A stretch of DNA of 61,489 nt, the filler included, from Circinaria calcarea (lineage: Eukaryota): the NCBI GenBank assembly GCA_051942165.1. It is 7 parts of 7 records of this genome, joined end to end, with 100 filler letters (N's around TTAATTAATTAA, not from the genome) between each part and the next. Parts side by side here need not be neighbours in the genome. Positions count along the whole stretch, not along the records: positions 35,214 to 43,906 come from JAVECS010001070.1; positions 44,007 to 52,699 come from JAVECS010001071.1; positions 52,800 to 61,489 come from JAVECS010001072.1; 4 more parts are not named here. One strand, given 5' to 3'. The notes under the pieces were generated by a model, which did no database searches, was not told where the DNA came from, and was given only the letters and a program-made list of their open reading frames with translations. Below are positions 41,932 to 53,761 of this stretch, piece by piece. The stretch's first letter is position 1, and every line of letters starts with the position of its first letter. The position numbers and the translations under genes were made by a program.

Positions 41932-42279
41932 AATGGTACAGGATATAGGCATAAAGGTACAAAGATGAATCACTTTTACAGAATTTTGAGGCCTAGGGGT
42001 CAACGCCAAATTATTTATGTTATGGCGCTTTGGCGCCGGGCAATCCCCTAGGGTTATCTAGAAGTGGGGTTGGTTTGATAACTACCTCTTAAGTTGTTGC
42101 TCAGGGGGACAGAACCGTGCACGCCGTATTAATAAGGGGGTTTAGTTTCCCCGCACAAATTACTACTAAAATAAGCATCTCTTCTCCACCGATTGGCCAG
42201 AATTAAAGTTCTATTAGTGCCCGAAACACCCTGTAGCGCGCACAGTTCGTGCTGCCTAAGTGGGCAGCTTAAGGGATAT

Positions 42280-42738
42280 GAAGGAGTTCGTATTTATTAA
42301 GCGATAAGCGATAGCTTGCCCCGAATATTTACTATAGGCGAGAAGTTATCGCTTAAAGATACAGGACTCCGGCCTAGTATTCGGGCATGGGACCACCAGC
42401 ATTGGAGGAGTCCCACACAAATCTAGACTTTAATATTTAGCGAATAGTTACGTTCAGGGTTGCAATTTTCTTCAGCCGCGTGGCAGTGAACTTGCGCTTA
42501 TACCGTATGGTAACGCGAAGCTAAATCGTAACAGCATAAATTGCTAGGGGCGTTTGGCTGCCCTAACGTCTAATAACGCGGTTATCTGTACAGCTCAAAA
42601 TTAAATTAATTGGTAGGGTTAACATTGACTTTATTAGCCTATATAATTAGATTTGGCATATGTATATTCCATATGCAAGGAGGTCGTCTGCCCGCGATAT
42701 TTGGCGAGAACTTATCGCTTAAAAATACGAACTCCTTC
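42280..42738. mobile_element. Degenerate TIR element of about 460 bp
   Basis: gaaggagttcgtatttattaagcgataag versus the reverse complement of cttatcgcttaaaaatacgaactccttc (1 indel); AT-rich interior with subterminal repeats. Confidence 0.6.
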
Positions 42739-42739
42739 G

Positions 42740-42985
42740 GAGCTGAAAGTTGAAAGCCGCCTTGCAGGTCGGATAACTTCATATCAGCTAATTCAAGCTT
42801 AAAGTTAAAAATCGCCGTGCAGGTCAGCTTTCATGCAGTGGGTACGGGACGACTTCGTGTCAGCGAGCTGAATCAAGCTGAAGTTAAAGTCGCCGTATAG
42901 ATCGGCTTGCGTACAGTGGGCACCGGACGACTTCATATCAGCTAATTCGAGCTGAAAGATCACATCGCCGTGCAGCTCAGCCCTC
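42740..42985. repeat. Degenerate tandem repeat, about 3 units of 75-78 bp
   Basis: Recurring acgacttcatatcagctaattc(a/g)agct.aaag....tcgccgtgcag units. Confidence 0.65.
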
Positions 42986-43193
42986 AGCACCGTTTCGCGT
43001 GACTCCTCCGCCCCCCGGTCTTCGCACCGGGTTTAGTCTCGTAAGAAGAAAATGGTGGTCTTTGCCATATTCACAACTAAGAGTTCAACCCATATATTTG
43101 TTCTCCTCCGCTCAGGCCACCCCAAATCCTTATTTTCCAGGCAAAGCCACTTCACTCCCAAAACCTCTCTGCATTCTCGCCATCAACGATAGC

Positions 43194-43388
43194 ATGCATC
43201 TCTTCCTTTCCGCCATCTTGCTCTCGTGCATTACTTGCGCCTTCTCCTTTCCTCTCTCGACTCGCCAGCAGCTCGAGAGCTCAGACACTCCCACCGCCCT
43301 CTCTCGCAAGTTCGTTTCCGCCTATCAGGATGAAATCGACGCCGCTGATCCAATCGCTGTGCTTGGAGATCGTTCCGCTCCACTCTAG
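43194..43388 (+). CDS. Small secreted peptide (64 aa)
   Basis: MHLFLSAILLSCITCAFSFP signal peptide followed by ..LSRKFVSAYQDEIDAADPIAVLGDRSAPL; pyrimidine-rich 5' leader. Confidence 0.55.
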   Translation: MHLFLSAILLSCITCAFSFPLSTRQQLESSDTPTALSRKFVSAYQDEIDAADPIAVLGDRSAPL

Positions 43389-44006
43389 TCACCGGGTGCA
43401 AAGGCAACTAACTGCCGGTTGAACTTGGGGGCATTCGCGAAGGAAAGGACACAGGATATGGACGTTACTTAGAAGGGATAGGGCCTCAGAGAGACTGTAT
43501 AACATTGCTATACTATTCTTTGCCCAGAAAGCGGTTAGCTGCATGTTATTCTGAGCCACAGCGAATATATACTTGGGCGACGTTCGAGAGATTAGCCACT
43601 GCACCGGCTGCACTATTGGAAGCTCTGGAAGTAGGAAACGAAAGAAGAAGAGTCAATTCGGGCGCGTTTTCCCTTGCCTCACCCTCACCCTCACCCTCAC
43701 CCTCACCCCATCCATCCGCTCCCTTCCCGGTCTCGAAACCCAGATTCGTCAGTTAGCCTCTCGCCCGCGGTGATAGGTATAGAACGTTCCGAGAACGTTT
43801 CGATAGGTACGACGACAGTCGGCCGGAGAGCAGGGTGCGGAAGGAGAATATGAACTGCGCGAAGTGTAAATATCCCCCAAATCTGCCCCCCATCCAATCC
43901 CTCCTCNNNNNNNNNNNNNNNNNNNNNNNNNNNNNNNNNNNNNNNNNNNNTTAATTAATTAANNNNNNNNNNNNNNNNNNNNNNNNNNNNNNNNNNNNNN
44001 NNNNNN

Positions 44007-45604
44007 TTCACATCGGGAATAGCATAATATTGGAGATCGGAGGCTGTTTGCAAATCCTGGTTTCGCTCGGCTTCTTCAAGCTTGACTCTCAACGAATCTA
44101 GTTTCATCTTGGCCTCTTGAATTTCTTTACTCCGCTCTTTCTCACTCTCGTATTTTTCTCGCAAAGGCTTGAGCTCTTCCTGGACATTAGCTGCTTCGGC
44201 CTTCGCTTGTGATAGACGTGCTTGAGAAGCTTCATCTTTTTCACGCTCGAGTGCGTGGATCTCAATCTGTAGTTGACGTAATTTACGTTCCAGGTTGTCG
44301 ATAACTTCTGGTTGCGACTCCCGAGTGACTCTGACTGCCGCGGCAGCTTCGTCAATCAAATCTACCGCCGAGTCTGGCAACCGACGTGCAGTGAGGTATC
44401 GAGCAGCCAATGTAGCAGCAGCTACGATAGCACCGTCCAAAATGTTAACACCATGATGTACCTCGTATTTCTCTTTTAAGCCACGTAGAATGGAGATAGT
44501 TTCCGGTATCGTTGGTTCCTGAACCAGTACCTGTTGAAACCTTCGCTCAAAAGCTTGATCCTTTTCAATGTACTTCCGATACTCTGCCAGCGTGGTAGCG
44601 CCAATGCAATGTAGCTGACCTCTGGCGAGCATAGGCTTCAAGAGATTGGCTGCGTCCATGCCACCCTCCCCGCTCGATCCAGCGCCCATTAGGAGATGTA
44701 TTTCATCGACAAATAGAACAATCATCTCCTTCGAATCCTCGATTTCCTTCAGTACTCCCTTCATCCGCTCTTCAAATTCCCCGCGGTACTTGCTCCCGGC
44801 AACCAAAGATCCGACGTCAAGCGAGAGTAGTTTACATGCCGCCAGATTGGCTGGAACATCCGCATTGACTATACGTGAAGCTAACCCTTCAACAACCGTG
44901 GTTTTACCAACACCAGGCTCGCCGATCAACACGGGGTTGTTCTTTGTCCGCCGCGACAATATACGTATCACTCTTCGAATCTCTTCTTCTCGGCCAATCA
45001 CGGGATCGATTTTTCCCTCTCGTGCCAATGAGGTCATATCAATGGTAAACTTCTTGAGATTCTCGTTCTCTTGCTCGGAGTCCGCCGTCTTCGAGTCAAC
45101 CCTCTTGGTTCCCCGAATCTGTTGGATGGCGGTATCAATGAGTTTTGTATTGGGGATGTTTGCATCCGCTAAGCATTTTTGGATCGATGAATCCTGCGCC
45201 AGGGAAGTGATGAGATGGTCGATCGCTATGTAGCTGTCTTTCTGCGTCTTTTGCAAATCGTTCGCCGCGCGTAGGATCTTGGAAAACTGAGGAGATACCG
45301 AGACGTGTTCTGGTGGAGGATCTTGACTGGGCAATCGGACCAGAGCTTTCTTCATAGCCCGATCGAGTAGTTGTGGATCTCCATGAGCGCGTTCAATAAC
45401 CTGTCTGAACAAGGGCGCTGAGCTGGCGGCATGTGACGCGTTGACTTTCTGTTGCTGGTCCTTGGATTCATCGATAGGGGGATCGAGGAGAGAGACTGCG
45501 AGATGGAGGGGGAGAATCTGAGAGTGCGAATATTGCTGTGCAAGATCGTGAGCATCGGCTAGGGCTTTCTGTGCCCTGTCGGTAAACTGCATGGTCGACG
45601 CCAT
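44007..45604 (-). CDS. HSP104: Heat-shock protein Hsp104/Hsp98 (ClpB AAA+ disaggregase), 3'-truncated at the contig end
   Basis: IDPVIGREEEIRR, RRTKNNPVLIGEPGVGKT, LFVDEIH, DAANLLKPMLARG, GATTLAEYRKYIEKDQAFERRF, RRLPDSAVDL. Confidence 0.97.
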
Positions 45605-45845
45605 TGTGAGGTGTTGAGGTCAGTGACCGAGACTCCAGGTCGCTGTCAAGAATAGGATGAAGAAGGAGTGCCGGCGTGGAACCTCCCAGATGCTTTGTCT
45701 TTACTTGAATTCAGTGAGACGGCTCGAGGAACAAAGACCGAGTTTGGTAAAAGAGTGAGATGTAGTGCGAAAAGTTAAAGAACTGACTTGTGCTACTGAT
45801 CATTCCTCTCAAAACATGAGCCAAGGTTGATGTCATCCCTCGTGC

Positions 45846-45860
45846 ATCTGGAACTTTCTA
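45846..45860. promoter_or_regulatory. Possible heat-shock element upstream of HSP104
   Basis: aTCtgGAActTTCta: two perfect and one imperfect nGAAn units about 250 nt upstream of the ATG. Confidence 0.4.
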
Positions 45861-46824
45861 CCGGTCCGGATGATCCCCGAGCCGGACCGTTTTATCCGTA
45901 GGGCAGTGTTAACGCTGCCACGCTGCGGAGCAATCACCGAAAGATAAAAATTTAAAATCCTTCCTGCCCGGCACGAGGCACTTCGCACGTACAGAAATAT
46001 AAACTGAGGCTGAATTGGGAGCACCGTAACAAAAAAACACTGCAACCCCGACCGTAATTTCTCGCAAAAATATTAACCTCTAGATTTTCTGGACCCCTCC
46101 AGTGCTGGTGATCCCATACCCGAATCCTAAGCTGGAAGGGTCAGTATCTACGGTTGGGGGTAATTCAGGGTTGCAATGTTTTTTGTCAAGCGCGTGCATA
46201 CCTTGCACATCTGAAGGGTCCTATAGGCAACTATATTCCCATAACCCGTAAGGATAGTACCTTTACTCTCTCCTATTGAAGCGGCCATTAGGAGTTGTGA
46301 TCAGGAATGCTTGGAGCCGCTACTTACGTCCAGCTGGCTGGGTCGAATGGAGGATAGGGATGTTTTTAGTCGCGTCCTGGTTCCGGATGCCCGAAGAGCA
46401 TCCCGGGTTTTCCTCAGCTTTGGGGAATACCGGCCCCCGGGGACGGAGCAACTGCCCCCCCGCAAGAGGCCCCCGGAGAGTCTGCGGAGCGAAAACGGTT
46501 CCGGAGGCTATTGCGGTGGGGCTAATGACTTTGTGGGTTATAGGACACCGGGGAGAGCTCCTGAGAATCACCAAGCTGCTTGTTCATTCAGAAAGCCCCT
46601 TCATGGATTTAGAATGCTAAATCCGCTTCAGCGAGTAACCATGAAGCCACTCCAAGAGCTACCATCTCAGATGGAGAACCCTAGCCTTTGCGTTGCTAAA
46701 GTAATTCATTCCTGTTGTAGCCCCACGTACCAGTCGTACTGACCACACATTCAAAGAAGATAGATAATTCACGCAAAGTGTCTCTCAAGTAAGGAGTCTT
46801 GATCATGATCCCAAAGAGAAGCCC

Positions 46825-48989
46825 CTAGTTACCGTCCACGGTGACTATCGAAGCTTTATCCTTTTCTTGCAACTTTTCAACCGGAGGGCTGGGCACAGCG
46901 TCTAATGGTGCTGCGTGTAGTGCCGGCTTCGCACTTTTGCCCAGTGTTCCATTCCGCCGCTTTTCGATTGCGCCGACGACCCAGGCAGCAACTTCTTGGT
47001 CTGCAGTTAGTGGGGCCGCTGAATAGGAGTCCTCGTCCTCAGCCACAGCGTCTTCATCCTCCTCTGCAATAGTGGGCGGTTTGAGCAGTGGTGCGAGCCA
47101 GGGATGGTTGATGAGCATGGCATAAGTGGGGCGCATTTTGGGCACCTTGTGTAAACACCCTCGGACGAAATTGCGGGCTGTCTCGGAGAAGCCAGACTCT
47201 GGCAGGTCTGGCGGATCCCCATCGACAATAGCCTAGAATGTGATCACGTATCAGCAGCATCTCGACGCGAATGATGAACACTTGTGGGACTCACACTCAG
47301 CTGACTAAAAATGTTATTGTATGTTTCTGGAGGATAAGGATACCGGCCCATGGCACACTCGATAATACTTAAGCCCAAGCTCCATATATCACTCTGAACG
47401 CTATAAGTCCCTCCACCAGGATTAGCGCCAGCTTGGGCAATCCCTCCGCTAGAGATACGCTCAGGGGCCATGTAACTTTGACAGCCAATGTTTGTTTTCG
47501 CTATGCTAGCGACAAGGTTGCCGCTGACACCAAAATCGCAAATCTTGACTTGGCCCTTACTGTTAACGAGGATATTGGTAGGTTTGACATCCCGATGGAT
47601 AATGTTATGCTCATCTTTCAGCGCTTTCAAACCCATGACGGTGGACAACGCAACCTTTCGGAGTACATTCTCGGGCATACCATCACCGTACAATTTGTCG
47701 ACCGAACCCCCATCCATGAATTCCATACAAATATAAACAGCTCCTTCTTGGAAAAAAGCACCATAGAAATCTACAATGAAAGGGGAAATGCAGCGATGTA
47801 ATATGTCAAGTTCCATAATAATTGCAGCAAATTTAGCTTCGTCCAGTTCAAGGCGTATCTCTTTCATAGCCATGATCATACCAGTCGTATTACCTTGGGG
47901 CTTGGCAACTGGTGCAGTGAACGACTTACTTCTTTGCGGAGATTCTGGAGAGTCTGGGGATGGTGGCAGCAAGGATGACGATATCGATGAAGAAGATGCT
48001 GCTAGTAACGAGGGTGCCTTGTTGCCTTTCAGACCTAGACCAGGGCGCCTCATTTGTGGTCGGCTGTGCCTCACTTGGTAAACGGTACCATAATTGCCTT
48101 TCCCAAGTTCTTCTAGAGTGTCCACTTCATCCAGTGATATGTTGAAGCTTGTCCCACTGGAGAACTCGATACCGCCGCCGTGTATTGTGGCTTTACCCTT
48201 GAATTTCAGAGTCCCCGTGGCAGTATCAACATATTCGGAGTATTTGCTGAACATTGATTCTGGCTGGCCAGATTTGCCTTTACCATCGCCTTCATTGCCC
48301 ACGGCCGTCCCAGGTTCGTTTCCAGATCTGCCACTCGTAGGTGATGACGGTGCAGGTCCGCTGGCGTCTGCCAGCTTCATTCCCCTGTTGAGTCCCCGCT
48401 TCGCCGCTAGACCGCCCATTTTCGGGTTGATTCGAGCGTTTGGAACGGCGGGCGCGGAATTGTGAGGTATTGGTTGAGGTCGAACACTTGGAGGAAGTCT
48501 AAAAGCAGCTGGTCCACCAGCAAGAGGTCCTCCCACCGGTCCTGGTGTATTCGAGCCGGGTAGGGCTTGGCCCCTCCCAATGGCACCACCCTGTATTGAG
48601 CCGGCCGAATTTGGTTGACTCCCTGAGCCTGGTACGATCCCACCTGTCCGTAGGCTCTGGACAGGAGGAGCTCCTTGCCGAGACAAGTGGAACGCTTTCA
48701 TCTTCGCTTGCATGTCTTGTGATAAGCCACCACCACGGACAGTAGAGATCGAAGGCTGCGGAGGCCCTGGTCGCCGGGCGGCGTTGAGTGCGCCCAACGG
48801 CGTTGAAGAGGCAGTCATGTTTATAGCTGGCGGAGGATCGATGATGGTACGGGAGGGTGGGAGCCGCAGCGCTTGAGAGCCAGCGGAGGGGGCAAAATCT
48901 TCGGTAGACGTTGTAGATGGCAGCGCTGAAGAAATATCTGAGGCAGCCACAGGCTCGGGTGCGAGAGGGTCACCGGACAGTGAAGCCAT
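46825..48989 (-). CDS. PBS2: MAP kinase kinase Pbs2 (HOG pathway); intron at about 47233-47295
   Basis: ELGKGNYGTV, MAMKEIRLELDEAKF, FYGAFFQEGAVY, IIHRDVKPTN, DFGVSGNLVASIAKTNIGCQSYMAPERI, PPETYNNIFSQLS; Pro-rich N-terminus. Confidence 0.96.
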
Positions 48990-50476
48990 GGTGGTAGCCG
49001 GTTGATTCCCAATAAGAGGATAACCAATTTGAACTGTGAGAATGTATACGGAGTAGAGGCTGAATGGCACTCAGGACGCGTGGGAAGTCTTGTCTCGGAA
49101 ACTTTTGATGGAGGGACCCTCCGGATCCAGCGCAGTGGCTGAACGATGCTTTCCAGATCGCTAAGATCGGGAGATCTGCACGGTCTTACGGAGGCGTTGC
49201 CGATCTTGCTTTCCAAAGACAAGATATGGACATGTATCAGCACACAAAGGAGAAATCTTCAGTGGCGAGAATCAAAAGGTAATGCTACTCAACTACCATA
49301 ACTTAAATTGTGGCTAAGACTCTGCAGGGTCCACCGTTATATGAGTGCACGATGATACTCGCTACGGCCTTGTTTGCAGGACGCCCCAACGATGACGTCT
49401 GACGGGCAGGTTTCTGGCACTTCCCAGTCTCCCAGTCCTCTCTTTAATTCCATACCGGCAGTTTACGAATATACAGTAGTGACAGTATGCAAGTCACCAC
49501 CATGACAGGTAGACAAAACCCTCGATGCGGACCATTGCTGCATCTTTCGCTTACTGCTGGATATGTCGGCGATTTCTGCTCAAGGGCAAAGTCTAGAATT
49601 GGAATTTTGTGTATGTGCTTATGTGGCGAGATGGGTGTGGGGGTTTCAGTATCGAGAATCAGGGCGAAATCAACTTCTGCTTCACCGTGCAGCATTGGCC
49701 AAACACAGATTGGCAAACGGATTAATCGATCACGCCAAACTAGTGAAATGGCTAAGGTAATGAGAGTAAAAGTAGACACCCGCCTATTATCGATCCGGCC
49801 AGCAGAAGTATGGAGAGAGCCACTATTCTCTTGGTTTGATGCCATCGTGGCCTGTGTCGTCTATCGATATCAGATACGATAGCTGTACGGAGTAGGGAAT
49901 CCGAAGTCTCTCGGGTCAACATCCGTCGTGTCCACATACCTTAGTTGCGTTGAATTTGCACTGCGATACTACTTCATCAATGCAGCGCAACCGAGAGGGA
50001 TGGCAGGGAAAACCATGATCCACCACAGTAGATAGATAGATACTCCGCAGCTGGTCCTCGGAAATTGGTCCCTACCACCGAGTAACTTGATCTGATCTCG
50101 GCGCTAAAGCGGCCGGTTTCATCATCCTGCGTCTCCAGAATGACATCCAAGAATTGCCAAGCCGCCCCAAAGAAGTCTCATTCGGTGGAAGAGACAAGAG
50201 ACCGGTCTCGTACACCATCGCGACCCCCTTCACCGACTGCATGTCCTGCTGGCTGATCGGGACACGGTGCGATTGGGAGATGCTCGGCAGTCACTCTTGA
50301 TATATTGTCGAGCGGCTGTCAACTGTTTGATTGTTATCATCACCATTGAGATAGCTTCGCTGCAAATACAGCGTATACCGCCAACTAAACGCGGTTGTCA
50401 CCACATGTCAACTGAGGACCGACCGCCATCCGTTCACTAAACAGACAACCGTCCGCTCCTGCTTCCCTCGACGAAA

Positions 50477-52418
50477 ATGGCCTTTTTTACACATCCCACC
50501 TCGTTCCGCAATGCCCAGGCGTCAATACAGAGCTCGATGGCAGAGCAAGATCCCTTCTCCGTCATGAGGAAAGGTCATGGACTTCCTCCACACTCCTCGC
50601 ATCCGGCATTTGGCCACCTGGTTCTTCTCGTGTTCGAAGCGGTGCTCGAGGTAGTATGCGTCAGTCTTCCGGGCTACATCGTTGCTCGCCAGGGCATGTT
50701 CGACTCGGAGGCCCAAAAGTTCGTGGCAAACCTCAATGTGATGCTGTTCACGCCATGCCTGAGTATGCCCCGCTGCCCATGCCAAGTCAAGCTTCGATAC
50801 TCATGGATTCTGCAGTCTTTACAAAGATAGCGTCTCAGTTGAACGCCGACAAACTGACCGAACTCGCCGTCATTCCATTCATATTCGCCGCTCAAACTCT
50901 GGTCTCATATCTCTGCGCTATCGGCGTTTCGAAGCTGTTTGGCTTCGCAAAGAGGCCAAGGAATTTCGTTGTCGCGATGGGCGTGAGTGACAATTATGCT
51001 GGAGATATCGCTGCCCTTCATCTGACTTACTCTAGGTCTTCGGAAACGCCAACTCTCTACCGATATCTCTGGTCATCGCTCTGTCAGCAACGCTCGAGGG
51101 CCTTCATTGGGATAAAGTGCCAGGGGATAACGACGATGAGGTTGCAGCTCGCGGCATTCTCTACCTTCTGATTTTCCAACAGCTCGGTCAATTACTTCGA
51201 TGGAGCTGGGGATACCATGTCTTGCTTGCACCGCCAAAGAAATTCAAGGGGGATCTGAACCACCGGAATTCACAAATCGAACAAGGCGAATCTGTCTATC
51301 GAGATGACCTTACCATTGAAGAGGAGGAGCAGAGCCAGAACCGACGTAGCGGAGACTCTAGTGAGACGCAAGCTGATGACGCAAACGAAGATAGTGTAAA
51401 CGGTTCTTTGAATTACGATTCTGGTGAGCGGACACCCCTCACCCATCAACAGTACACATCGTCGGTGTCGTCCAAATTGTCAATGGACCGAGAACAAAGG
51501 GAACCAGGTCTTGCTCCAGAGCTTCTTGCTACACCGGCCAATGGAAACGTGAAGCCCCGATTAAGCGAGGATGAGCATATTACGTCTTTTCCTGATATAC
51601 GATCCATACCTTTTCCAGAGGACGACCATATTCCGGATGGCTTCCGAGGGTACCCGATGCGATGTAAGCTTGCCGTAAAACACGCGTTGTCTAGGCTTGC
51701 GAATTCCATATCAGTCCTGTCAAGTTCAATCTTCCAGTCACTGCCGAACCCGGTACAGAAGGTTCTGCATAAGCTCTATAATGGTTTCATGAAATTCATG
51801 CGTGGGCTTCGGGAATTCATGAATCCACCCTTATGGGCGATGTTGGTTGCTATTGTTGTTGCCTCTGTTCCCTCTCTTCAACGCCTGTTTTTCTCCGAAG
51901 GCACTTTTGTAAGGAATTCAGTGACTCGGGCAATAAGTCAGAGTGGGGGCGTAGCTGTACCTCTTATTCTCGTGGTTCTTGGTGCTAATCTTGCACGGAA
52001 TACTTTGCCTGATGATCCGCATCGCACGATTGAGGATGAGAAGTTGGAGAAGAAGATTTTAGTCGCAGCACTCATTAGCCGCATGCTGTTACCATTTTGT
52101 ATCATGGCTCCAATTCTAGCCGTGGTGGCAAAGTATGTTCCAGTCAGCATCTTGGACGACCCTATCTTTGTCATTGTCTGCTTCCTGCTCACCGGAGCGC
52201 CCAGTGCCCTCCAACTGGCACAGATATGCCAGATCAACGGCGTATACATGGGTGTTATGTCGAAACTCCTTTTCCAGTCGTATGTTGTCTGGTATGTCTC
52301 TCGAGCATTTCGTCGGTCAACGTCACAGAGAGTACACTGACTGTAACCTAGGATCTTACCGTCCACGATTATCCTGGTTATGGTTGCTTTGGAGGTTGTG
52401 GAGTGGACAGCCGCCTGA
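50477..52418 (+). CDS. Auxin efflux carrier (AEC/Mem_trans)-family membrane transporter; 3 introns
   Basis: LVFEAVLEVVCVSLPGYIVARQGMF, NLNVMLFTPCL, FGNANSLPISL, ARGILYLLIFQQLGQLLRWSWG, FMNPPLWAML, VAVPLILVVLGANL, APSALQLAQICQIN. Confidence 0.9.
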
Positions 52419-53761
52419 AAGGACATGTTACGCTGCCAAATCTAGGTGCTACAAGAACAAAACTTACATTACACCGAAAAACATAGAGTCCTGGATAACA
52501 GATGCTACACAACAGCATGGGCGGCACTCCGGCCAATGCGTAGGGCTTTTGGTTAGTTCTGGTATTATGGTTTCGATGATAGATATGGGATTAGAGCTCA
52601 GAGGGTTCACAATGCATCCGAGGTGGAAAGGATGAGCTCTCCCTAGGCGTTGGGTTGAGTTACTGACCCTCAAAAGGTTTTGGCATCCGCCATTTCGGTN
52701 NNNNNNNNNNNNNNNNNNNNNNNNNNNNNNNNNNNNNNNNNNNTTAATTAATTAANNNNNNNNNNNNNNNNNNNNNNNNNNNNNNNNNNNNNNNNNNNNC
52801 TAGTCATGGGAGTGTAAGAGGGATGCGGGTAGTATAAAGGGAGTGGAGGAGGTTACAGGACTTGTGTCAAGCAACATGCATGTGTGGGTGGCATGCATAT
52901 ATTGCGATTTAGGCAATAGCTAAATTAATTATGCAGGGAAAAATGCTCTTATAAGATGTGTCGGAGGTGTTAAGCATGGACCTGGCGTAATATGTAAATC
53001 ACACGTGACTCGGTAAGCCCTATTCGAACAACTTGCGAGTATATAATTCCAAGGGCTCGGGTATAACAGGTAACATGCGCTGGAAAACTCATATCTCGTA
53101 GAGTTTGATTGTGGGAATGCATATATACGAGCTTGGACCGCCATGAATATCGAGTTGTGACGGATCGGAGGTGTTTTGAACACCACCGGGAGAATCTAAA
53201 GCTGCAGTAATGGTGCAAGCGAGATAGCTCTCTTTCGGCAGTTCAATGTCTTGTATCATAGAAGCCCTGGGTTCGTAGCTCTCGGGTGGTTTCTCGTCCA
53301 TGCTTTGTTGTTTCCGAACGAAGGTCTTGGCTTATATCTCTTGCCAAAATGGTACTGATCAGATTGCTTGAATGGTGGACCCGTGTTGTACGGTATAGTC
53401 TGGTGCTCCTCGCCATCAGCATAATTCACTTAAATACCGCCGTTTCAGCCGACATACTATAAAGACACATGTCAGCTTTACTTCGGATCATGAACACATT
53501 TTGGAATACGATCTGAGATTTCGTCAAGCTTTCTTACCTTCCACAAGGTCTGCCCAAGTCTCGTAGGTTTCGCTCAAGGTTCCACCATTATAACAGATTG
53601 GACGTATTGATATTGCGAACCACAATTCGTATTATTAGTTCGAAGCCGCAAGCTTCTCAAGAACCGAAGGATGGAACTGTTCCGCAGGACTCCCCACAGC
53701 TTCTCTTAGTGGCGGTATGTATTGCAGTTGGTAGTATTACAAGGCCAGTACCACGTGCTTA

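Noticed and set aside
43907..45604. HSP104 as part of the RiPP cluster
   Set aside because: Separated by an artificial linker; contigs are ordered by size
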